From Tubulanus polymorphus (Eukaryota; Animalia; Nemertea): a stretch of 64,000 nucleotides of DNA. Below the pieces are notes generated by a model. The model was not told the DNA's origin. It saw only the letters and a list, made by a program, of their open reading frames with translations, and ran no database searches. The stretch lies in assembly GCF_964204645.1 (NCBI RefSeq), contig NC_134030.1, positions 3,266,778-3,330,777 on the forward strand, given 5' to 3'. The position numbers and the translations under genes are program-made. Below are positions 46,701 to 58,700 of this stretch, piece after piece; position 1 is the stretch's first letter; each line of letters starts with the position of its first letter.

Positions 46701-49700
46701 TAACTATACTGCTAATTGAATAGGTAAGATTTTAATAATGGCTCATAGAATCAAGTTGAAATGTCAATACTTTCTATGTTTTACTTTGTAATTCTGCGTC
46801 TTTTCTTCGATCGACTTTGACAGACGCTTGTCTGTAGAGACGAGCTGTACTGCCAAAATTGACAAGGTTAAAGCACCAAATATTCTTTCAAAATAAAAGT
46901 TCCAGTTTCACGAAAAGGTTGTAAACGCATAAATTTCGGTTTATTAGCTGCTGATTATTTGTTTCAACTTTTTCATGAAACTGGACCTCGAAGATAAATC
47001 TTACTCAAAGCAAAATTATCAGTGTCACCACCATCAGGGACAGTATCTTCAGTTTCTAAATTTTTATCAATATCCGCTAATACATCAGATATATCGCTAA
47101 CGCGACATTTCATGAAACAAGATGAAAGTTTCGGTCCGAAATATCTCTTCCAACAACTCGTATCCGTCCTACATCTCTTCAGGACCATCATTAACTTTCG
47201 TTTAGTAATTCCTAAACATTTAGTTAAACATCTTAGGCTCAATGTTAAACGAGCATTTTCTGGACCAGCTGAAAATAACATTTCTACAATTACTCCGTGG
47301 AAGAAAATGTATACACGTTGTAACTTTATAGAAATAAAAAAGAGTCTGAAATGTTTAGTAGTTAATTGAATGTTTCAAATCGGTTTATCAAAATAGTCAT
47401 ATATAAAGTAAAGCTGTAGGGGAGATGTTTTAACCTGTGGTCAAATCAAAGATGAAGAGCACTTGAATGAGTTAACTTGATCTCATCAAAAGTATGAGTT
47501 TTCTCTTCTTATTTCCACTAGTGCAGAATAGCTTCATCAGGTGAATTCTACTGATAAAGCTACTATGCACTAGTAGAAAAAGTAGCAAAATCTCATGTTC
47601 TCGATTACATTAATCCATCCCCAAGTTTACTTAAGTAAAGTTACAACTGTCGCGGCAATACAGCGTTTAACGGATTCACAATCGATGATTTGGTTTAGCT
47701 GCAAACTTTTGAAATAAAACAAACATCATAAGATAAATCTTACTCAACGCAACATTATCGGTATCGCCACGACCAGGGACCGTATCTTCAGCTTCTATGT
47801 GTCTATAAATATCTGCTAATATTTCAGATATATCTCCAGGTTTCCGGCTACATTTCACAATGCAAAACATTCTCGGCCCGAAATATCTCTTCCAACAATA
47901 GACATTCGTCCTACATATCTTCATGACCAGGATCAACTTGCGTTTGGTAACTCCTAAACATTTAGTTAAACACTTTATTACAACGCGAGCCTTACTTGCT
48001 GTCGTTTGTCCAATTGCGGTTTCTGATTCTGGACCATCTGAAAGAATAACATTTCCATAATTAATCATTGCGGAAGAAACTGCCTGACGACGGCTAATAG
48101 TCTTTAGCAAAAAACGTCGCGCAAATATATAAACCTTTTACTCAAGAACTTTTCATCTTTGACTGAATTATTGTGGGATTTCTTTCATTCCTTTTACACG
48201 GATATCGTGTATCTTTTCGATTAAGTTATGAATAAATAAAATAATTCCATTTTCTTTTAATCGAAAGATGGTCGATGAAATTAAGGTCGTTGAAATAGAC
48301 AGATATTGCTTAAAACCAATGCATGAAAACATTGTGAAAATACGAAGACAACCGATGACATTTAACAGAATAGAAATAATCTTTTCTTGTGTCTCCGCTG
48401 TTAAATGACTTATCGCATTTCACTGGTGTTTCAGCACATTATAGAGAGTCATGTGGTGCCAGACACAGCTATAAATAACACACGCACACAGCAGGCAACA
48501 GGTAGAACTAAATTGTCTTCATTCAGTCAGTAAGGAGCAAGAAATCAACACGCGCTCAGGTAAGATTAGTTCACTGTCGCTCATTCATAACAAACAACTC
48601 ACAGCAAAATTACCGCATACTTTATGTATCAGACTAAATCCATCGGTTGAATTTTATAAGATGAATTTGAAAACTCATATCTTTAGAAATATTCAAACTT
48701 GCAACTAATCTTATTCATCTGTAAATTTTAATTCTTGATAACGATAATTCACGTCGTATTTTAGATAACTACTTCACCTGCCCAGTTCATCATATACAGA
48801 TATTAGGCACACTGATTACAAGTAGAACGAAAATAGAAAAATATATTATCACTATTATATTTTCATGTGTTTTGCTGAATAAATTTGGACGAAATGACAA
48901 AATTTCAAAATTTTTCAGGATCAAGTCTATAAAGAATCATCATGGTGGTAAAAGTCGGAGAACTTTTCATGTCTAATGAGACCGATCATATGATGCTGAA
49001 TTGTCTGGGTATTTTCATATCCGTGTACTCCTTGTATATAGAACTTAAAGCGTTTAAAGACAAGAATTACAGAGCGTTTTGTGACTTCAATGAACACATG
49101 AGTTGTACCAGAGTATTGACATCAAAGTATGTTTAAAAATAAAATATCAAATTTCAATCCGATCAAAGAAGTCATTAAGAGTGTGATTATCATATTATTT
49201 CATGTTTCTATAGATATGGACAAGGCTTCGGTGTTGTGGAAGTTCTGTTTGGAAAAGAAAGCTACCTCAACGTACCAAATTGCTGTCTAGGAATTGTCTT
49301 CTACTGCCTTCAATTAATCCTGGGTAAGTTAAACTAAAACTAGTCGACCTCGCTAAAGCCGCCCTAATTAAGGATGAATTATTCAAATGCAACTTACGCG
49401 TATAAGTAAATAGAATCGGAAATACAAATTGAGACTCAGTAGAGAGAACTAAAGTAATTTGACAACTGTCAAGGATATATTTTCAGCTTGACAATTTGAA
49501 TAAATCTTGAGTATAGAATACTATAGTTAATGTGGTTTGTATTTACAGGTTCAATAGAAAGTGAATGGGCGATTTATCTGTTGGTTATAACATCGATAAT
49601 AGCGTGTATCGGTTCGGTTTATTTGGGAACCGTTTTATTTGTTATATTGAAAGATTTCTGTCTCGTTTGTATTTGTACGTACATCTTAAACGGTTGCTTA

Positions 49701-52700
49701 ATGTATCTTAACTACCAGAAATATATAGCTATGGATTTCATAGTATCGACACCGACTCAAGCCCCACCCCCACCGGTAATGAACATGCATCCTGAATACT
49801 AGAGTGTTTCCAAGTGTGATCTGATTTGTAATATTTCGTTTATAATTCAATTATCGGATGTCGTGTAATATTTGTACGAAGATTTTGTGAATAACGGTTA
49901 TGGTGATGATAAGTGAACACACTCCCACCAGGTGGCGATACCAGTACCAGCCGATTGAAACTTCATAGAGCAGTATATCATTAAGTACTGATTTGAAGAT
50001 GAAATTAGATTATTGTATTTTTTCGTTAAGTTTTCCACCACAAATGCTGCTAAAACTTGTATTAGTTTAATTGAAAATGAATAAATCATCTAGTTCTATA
50101 TAAGACATAATTCGTAAGTAAATTTTACTTTTGTTTCAAGCGCATTCTAGATCAATGAAGATAAACAACTCAATAAAAGTGAACTAATCTCAAATATGAG
50201 ATAACCACTGACGTAAACACTCTGCGCGTGTTGTAACAATACTACATTAATCCCACACTAAAGCCCGGCGCACACCCTTGCGATTGATCGTATGATCCTT
50301 TCATCGCATGGTTTTATCGCATCATCGTAAAGGTATGCGGTGGCATCCGGAGCCGATTTCATCGCATCATCGCTTCATCGCAACAAATCAAACTTGTTTG
50401 ATATTTTGCATGTGATTTTTCCGTGCGATGAAAATCGTAAAGGTGTGCGGGCTACGCTGTCGATGTTCAGAACGAACATTTTTAGTAGCCAATCGGAATT
50501 AACGATGAAGCAATCACGGGATGTTCAAAATGGCGGCTCAGTCACGTGATTGAATCCAACTCGAGGCCCTCATAAAAAATCGCAAAGGTATGCGGGAATG
50601 ATGCGATTTTCGTCGTGTCATCGCATGCGATGATACGATGACACGATGATCGCAAAGGTGTGCGCCCAGCTTAAGACCGAAAAATCTGAAATTTTTCTTA
50701 AGCAAGCTGATAGTCATCTTCAGGAATACTGTATTCTTGAAGATACAGTTATATAGTATTTCTAAAGATTAGAAAACACTCTATTCCCCAAAGATGACTA
50801 TTTAGAATATAGTCAAATCATAAGATAAAGCATTAGCTCAAGGAAGTATTTTGGACTTTTTCATTCTCAGTGCCATTGATTTTTATATCATCAAATATCA
50901 GATTTCTGCTGTTGTACGGTACTGGACAGTCATGTGGATGTGAGTTGATGGTTTTCTATCAAGGTGACATGTTGATCCCTCTTCATCATAAACTACAGGT
51001 GTTTTACGAGAGAGACAAAAGCCAGGTATAAAACAGCCGTGTGTCTGTGTAGCTATTATTACCACGAGCAACAGCAGCAGCTGTGCTGTCACAGAGAGAC
51101 TGCGGCTGTTCTTGACATTTTAGAGAAATTACTGCTGAATATGAATATCAGCCACACACAAATAGATTGTGAACTGAACGAATTACACAGTTCTACATAT
51201 TCTAACAATTTCAGCTAAAACTCTGTTGAAAACACAGTTTTAATTGGCTTCAAGAAAGTTGAATCGAATTCTTAATATCCTAGTTCAGAATTCTAAACAG
51301 GCAGCAAGAGATTCAATAGACTTGAGAATCAAAAACAAGTGAAGAACCCAGCTCTTTAGTTGTGAGTAAAAATGCGAAAAGGGCTGGTTCCATTTTCATG
51401 GTTTAGACTTAAGACCAGTCTAAGACCAACTTGGCCAACCATTTTTGGATATAAGTCCTGATGTGGAACTGGCCCTAAAGGTTTAGATAAACAAGTCTAA
51501 ATTTACTCCAGGGTCTAGTGTCACGAAAGAGTTAAAGCTTAAAACGGTTAAGTTTAATTCATATCCTCAATGACAACAAGAAGTAACAAACAGTGACTGA
51601 ACAAAAAATTGTGAGTTTAACTTCTTTGTGAAACTGGATCCTTCGTTCTAAACATAGAGACCTCTTACCTTCACTCAGTTCATCATTGCTTTCTTCGTTT
51701 TCCTCTCCATCAGCAGACGGAACTTGCGATTCTTCATCTATAAAAAAAAGAAGAATATTTTGTAATGCATGTGGTTGAGATTGGCTAAGATTGTGGCTAA
51801 GATTGCCACATCAAATAGTCCAGGTTCTGAGTAAAATAAGCAAGACCGCTGCTAATGCTTAAAAACTAACCTTCAGATTGTGGTAAATTGTCTTCGATCG
51901 ATTGTTCCGGTTCGCTGTATTCATCTATAATATACAAACAAAACTTGAAATTAAAGACATGAATGATGATCGGTATTTGGTAATCTTTTATTGGGATGTT
52001 TATCGTAACTATCGCTTCCATCTTGAGTTGTATATTTCAAGTCTGACATGAGAAATCCAATCAGTACTTAGTAAGTCCGATGATGGCTTATAGTATTTAG
52101 CCAAAATTTTGCTCGAAATATATATCATTTTACTAATAGAATTTTTCATTTTTGGCTAAATCTATTGTGGGATTGCTTTCGTCATTCATCTTACACGGAT
52201 ATAGCGTATCTTGTCCACTCATTTCAAGACTGATATTTAATGCAGCGAGATGATGCCCCAAGAACTATACTACATAAAACAAAGGCCGCTAGAATATTCA
52301 TAACAAGTGAAAGACTGTCAAAACAGTACCCACTAAATAGAGTGATAGATATTGCGATTTCTCCTGACGATTATTCAAAAATACTCCAGTTAATATTTCT
52401 GCATATGACTACATTAAGTAGACATACCATTGATTTTGAAGGGTCTGCACTCGGGCAGACATTGGTATACTCTGTATCCGAGAGTTTTCATCCAACAAGA
52501 AGGGAAGAGCCCACACTTTTTCTCGGCGTAAGCAATTTTTGACAGAGTAACATTCGAACATTTATTCATACAAGAATCAAATTTGTCGATAAAATCTGTG
52601 GACGAACAAAAACAGTATAGGAAAATATTGCAAGGCTGCATCTATAAAGCGATCAATACATTCATACGTGTTTGACAGGAGGACATTTCCAACTCAGGGA

Positions 52701-55700
52701 CACAGTTCAACATCTAACCTGAGAACTGTGTAATGTACAGGCATTCTTACTTACATATGAACATGCTGGCCCTGAAAGATGTAGAAACTTGATCCCCTTA
52801 ATAGCCAGGGGCCAGGGGCCGGTTCCATAGACAGGGCTTAGACTTAAGAACGGTCTAAGACTAACTAAGTTCTATAGCCAATCTAACAACTTAAGACCAG
52901 TCTTAAGGTTTAAGACCACTTTTGGTCTTAAGTCTTGACTATGGAACCGACCCCAGTTGCACAGTCGTGACTTAAGTCCAAAAGTGGTCTTAAATCTTAA
53001 GACTGGTCTTAAGTTGTTAGATAGGCTAAAGAACTAAGTTGGTCTTAGACTGGTCTTAAGTCTGAGCCATAACTATGCAACCGGCCCCAGGTCTCATTTG
53101 CAAGATACAATCAATTCTAGCATAGGTATGGAAGTAAGCCGAGGACTGCCTGCGCGTACCAACTTTTAATCATTCCCTTAATCATGAATATACGTATGCC
53201 AAATACATAGAATTATACATTTGATAAACAGACAAAAATATATCGAAAAAAGATCCAATACTTTTGAAACATGTTTCAGGTATTTTCAAAACAAAGTTTC
53301 CATGCAATATTTATGAGGAATCCTGGAAATGAAAACATGCAATTCTAGGACACAATTGTGGGAGCAAAAAAAGAGACAAACCTTCTTCATCAGCTGATGG
53401 CGAATTTTCCTGTTCTTCCATTTCAGAATCTTCTGTTGGGTTTGCTATCAAAAAAGCATAACCAATCATTATTTACTGATCTACAGGGTCCAGTTCCACA
53501 GTTCTGAGTTAAGATTTGACCATGGGTTAAAACATTGAAAATGAACTAACTTTAACTCAGAGTTAACTCTAACTCACAACTGTGGAACTGGGTCCTGATC
53601 TACTAATCGAAATGAAAAGCAAACACTCACAATTTTCAGAGAATTCATTAGATTCAATGATGTTCCGGTCATCGGGATATTCAGTTAACAAAGCAGTGGT
53701 GACAACTTCTTTCATATCGAAATCTTTGTGACCAATGCATCCGATTACACAACGAATCGCTCTAAAACCTGCCTTTTTGATCCAACATGCACGCGATGTA
53801 CCGCATTGAGCTATCCATTTCAATATCTTACGCTTTGATCTTCCGAGACATCTCAATAAACAACGAGTATAACCACGTCTCCCACGTCTCCCACATCTAC
53901 GGCGTCTACGTCTACGTGTTCTTCTACGTCTACGGGTTCTACGTCTACGTCGTCGGGTACTTCTTCTGCGTCGGTATCTACGTCTACGGTACCTGCGTCT
54001 GCGGACACGGTATCTACGCCTGCGGACACATCTTCTTCTGCGGACACGGTATCTACGCCTGCGGACACGGTATCTTCTTCTGCGGACACGGTATCTTCGT
54101 CTGCGGACACGGTATCTTCTTCTGCGGACACGGTATCTACGCCTGCGGACACATCTTCTCCGTCTGCGGACACGGTATCTTCTTCTTCTGCGGACACGGT
54201 ATCTTCTTCTGCGGACACGGTATCTACGCCTGCGGACACATCTTCTTCGTCTGCGGACACGGTATCTTCTTCTTCTGCGGACACGGTATCTTCTTCTGCG
54301 GACACGGTATCTTCTTCTGCGGACACGGTATCTTCCTCTGCGGACACGGTATCTTCTTCTGCGGACACGGTATCTTCGTCTGCGGACACGGTATCTTCTT
54401 CTGCGGACACATCTTCGGTATCGTCTTAGTGGTGAAGTCTTGGATGAGGCTAACTCTGGTATCATATCACCTGTAATCATTGAATGACATAAACAAATAT
54501 TCAAATGAAAGACAACAAAAAACTAGTAAATAACTTTTTATATATTAAAACTGGATCCAGTTTCAAAGTTCTTGGCAAACATTCACGGTTGTCAGGTCAT
54601 GAAGTATCTTGAGTCGAAACATTGAAAATTTACTATTTCCAAGTAAACGAACTAAACTAAGGACCGCACAACTGCATCCAGAACTGCAAAATTGAGTCTG
54701 AACTGCGGAACTGCGTCCAGAAGTGCGGAACTGGGTGCAGAACGAACTGCGGAACTGAGTCTAGTTCTGCAGAACTGGGTTCTGTCTTATCTATTTATAT
54801 CAGTGCACGTTCGTGCAAGGTGCATCACATAAATAACAAAGTATGAATGATTCTAGTTTAAAACTAACCTACCTTCAACTTTGGTCATTTCCATATTGTC
54901 AATCATCAACCGATTTTCAATACGTTTTCGACAGCTTTTAAAACAATGATAAGCTTTCTTGCCGATTTTACCGATCCAACATTGTAGATTAATATTACAC
55001 TCGATTCCCCATTTTATCAATTTCAATCGACCCAAGTGGGCGCATCTGCCCAAACATTTCACGAAGTGGCTTAAATTGTCTTCATTGAGTGCAGCAACAA
55101 ATTCTAAATGTGCGAGAGTGAATTGTACATGGCGCGCTACCCATAAACAGCTTACAACAATCCACAACCAAAACCCAGTGCAGTGATAAGTAGATAATTA
55201 CAGTGTTCCAGTTCTACGGTTCTCACTCAAGAGTTAAACACATTCGAAACAAACTAGTCCAAACTGAAACTGACCATCAACTCAACAATCACACCTAACA
55301 TCAACTTTCAAGTCAACTTTCACTTAAAATTTTAAGTCAAATTTAACTTCAACTCTGAAGACACAGTGAAATTCAACTATAGAGCGAATTTCAACTCAGA
55401 AATTAGAACAATGGAACTGGATACTGTGTTATACTATAATATATACTGTTAATGTGATTGTGTGCTATAAATATGATTACATAATGTGTTTTTATCTTTC
55501 TCGTGTCATTGAACTGTAACATTAAACTTCATCGCTTCGAAGATTTGTACCCATCACTAATAATAATGTTGTCTCTAGTGTAACATGAAACATGTTGTAT
55601 TTCTAGAAGTTTTCACTCACAGTTCAATGGCCACAAAAGTAAATAAATTGGGATCAGTAGCTCAAAAGGTGATTAGTCAACCAATGGATAACTGACATAC

Positions 55701-58700
55701 AGATAATAACAATTACAACTGGCTTGTTACTACCATATAGTATTTATCCAATGATTAACATAAACCAACTTTTAAGCAACCGCCCCTCCCCCGTCATATT
55801 GATAAAGTTCTGACCTTGAACGGCAGTGACCTCCACACTACCATGACGGGAGTTCATCTCATTGTCTTCAACGATGAACAAACACCTGCTGACGCATTTA
55901 GCAGCTTTACGCCCAATTTTTCTCAACCAACATTTGTAATCGGTGCGGCATTTCGCAAAGTATTTCAGCATTTTCCAGTGACTTTTTTTCAAACATCGTC
56001 CCATACATTTCAGGAATTTGTGCTTATTTTCTTCATTAAGTTCAATGAGTTCCGAATCTGTAACAAAATCAATATTTTTCACTCATATTCTACACACTAA
56101 GAATCAACTCATTCACTGTCGCCATAGTTCTTCCCATTTTCAACTATCTCGTAGTTGGCACTGAAACTATTTAGAGAATGAAGCTGAGTTTGTTCACACT
56201 ATCTGCCAATCATTCGTGTGTCCCAGTACAACTATCTTAGCAGTGAATAACCCCTTGAGGGTTTTAACTGCGTCCAGAAGTGCGGAACTGGGTGCAGAAC
56301 GAACTGCGGAACTGAGTCTAGTTCTGCAGAACTGGGTTCTGTCTTATCTATTTATATCAGTGCACGTGCGTGCAAGGTGCATCACATAAATAACAAAGTA
56401 TGAATGATTCTAGTTTAAAACTAACCTACCTTCAACTTTGGTCATTTCCATATTGTCAATCATCAACCGATTTTCAATACGTTTTCGACAGCTTTTAAAA
56501 CAATGATAAGCTTTCTTGCCGATTTTACCGATCCAACATTGTAGATTAATATTACACTCGATTCCCCATTTTATCAATTTCAATCGACCCACGTGGGCGC
56601 ATCTGCCCAAACATTTCACGAAGTGGCTTAAATTGTCTTCATTGAGTGCAGCAACAAATTCTAAATGTGCGAGAGTGAATTGTACATGGCGCGCTACCCA
56701 TAAACAGCTTACAACAATCCACAACCAAAACCCAGTGCAGTGATAAGTAGATAATTACAGTGTTCCAGTTCTACGGTTCTTGTTAAAATTTCACTCAAGA
56801 GTTAAACACATTCGAAACAAACTAGTCCAAACTGAAACTGACCATCAACTCAACAATCACACCTAACATCAACTTGACACAGTGAAATTCAACTATAGAG
56901 CGAATCTCAACTCAGAAATTAGAACAATGGAACTGGATACTGTGTTATACTGTAATATATACTGTTAATGTGATTGCGTGCTATAAATATGATTACATAA
57001 TGTGTTTTTATCTTTCTCGTGTCATTGAACTGTAACATTAAACTTCATCGCTTCGAAGATTTGTACCCATCACTAATAACAATGTTGTCTCTAGTGTAAC
57101 ATGAAACATGTTGTATTTCTAGAAGTTTTCACTCACAGTTCAATGGCCACAAAAGTAAATAAATTGGGATCAGTAGCTCAAAAGGTGATTAGTCAACCAA
57201 TGGATAACTGACATACAGATAATAACAATTACAACTGGCTTGTTACTACCATATAGTATTTATCCAATGATTAACATAAACCAACTTTTAAGCAACCGCC
57301 CCTCCCCTGTCATATTGATAAAGTTCTGACCTTGAACGGCAGTGACCTCCACACTACCATCACGGGAGTTCATCTCATTGTCTTCAACGATGAACAAACA
57401 CCTGCTGACGCATTTAGCAGCTTTACGCCCAATTTTTCTCAACCAACATTTGTAATCGGTGCGGCATTTCGCAAAGTATTTCAGCATTTTCCAGTGACTT
57501 TTTTTCAAACATCGTCCCATACATTTCAGGAATTTGTGCTTATTTTCTTCATTAAGTTCAATGAGTTCCGAATCTGTAACAAAATCAATATTTTTCACTC
57601 ATATTCTACACACTAAGAATCAACTCATTCACTGTCGCCATAGTTCTTCCCATTTTCAACTATCTCGTAGTTGGCACTGAAACTATTTAGAGAATGAAGC
57701 TGAGTTTGTTCACACTATCTGCCAATGTATTCGTGTGTCCCAGTACAACTATCTTAGCAGTGAATAACCCCTTGAGGGTTTTGATAGCTTCTGGAGTCAA
57801 TTTTCCCAGGGTTTCAATAAATATACGCCCAAAACCTTTAAGAGGTTTTGAGAAGGATCAACTACTCATGGTGGCAGAACTGAAACTATGAGTTACATGT
57901 AGTGGCAATGGTAGTACAACCGGAACTATGAGATATTTCTATCAAATTAAAACATGTTAAAATGAATTAATTGAAATTGTATTGAAATAACTACCTTCTG
58001 GTTCACTATTCAGTTCGATGTCATTTTCATTTTCTGATTCCGGTTCAATTTGATTTTCATCAACTTCTAAAAACAAGAATGCATTTAATTGAAAACTGAA
58101 CTGGTCATAAGTTGATGATCACCTCGTGAAACACTGAACAAAATTCTGCGGCAAAACAACATAGTTACTGAAGAATAATGGACTTCCTTGACCGCAACTT
58201 TGACAAGCAGAGATTCGATCCTCTCATGCTGGCAAGCGAGGATCGACCAGGTGCACCAGTGGTCATTCTTTTGAGCTTCGATTTCTTCTATATTGCGATC
58301 AAAATCAAATAATTTTTTCTCTGGAGTCAATTAACTATTGTTCATAAATACATCAAACTCAAAGAATATCATAGCAAAGTCAAGAATATCTGTTTAGAGG
58401 CTTGTATGAGTTGAAAAATCCAGAATTCGAAGTTGATTGAAAATAAATGTATGACTGACGCCTGCTGGCGGCTTAAGCTCGATTTATGAGTTGTGTGTCG
58501 GAGTTAAAGATCTTTTTCATAGAAGCATCTAGAAAAGACTGATGTCTGAATTGTAACAGGATTACTAACCACGGAATTTATAGATGCACTTGTTGAGACA
58601 TTGAAGAGCCTTCCAGCCAAGTTCTGACATCCAGCAAACCCTATTAATTTTACACTTTGAGAACAACTGCATAGCTTTATACAGATCTATACCACAGCAC

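Noticed and set aside
50898-51092. ORF resembling a small secreted peptide ([20 protein letters not shown]...)
   Set aside because: Starts at GTG; the nearest upstream ATG is out of frame and stops; lacks the six-Cys framework.
53787-54476. Plus-strand (CGHGIFF)n ORF and minus-strand (IPCPQKK)n ORF
   Set aside because: Alternate frames of the 21-nt repeat; only the Arg frame links both splice sites and module M9.
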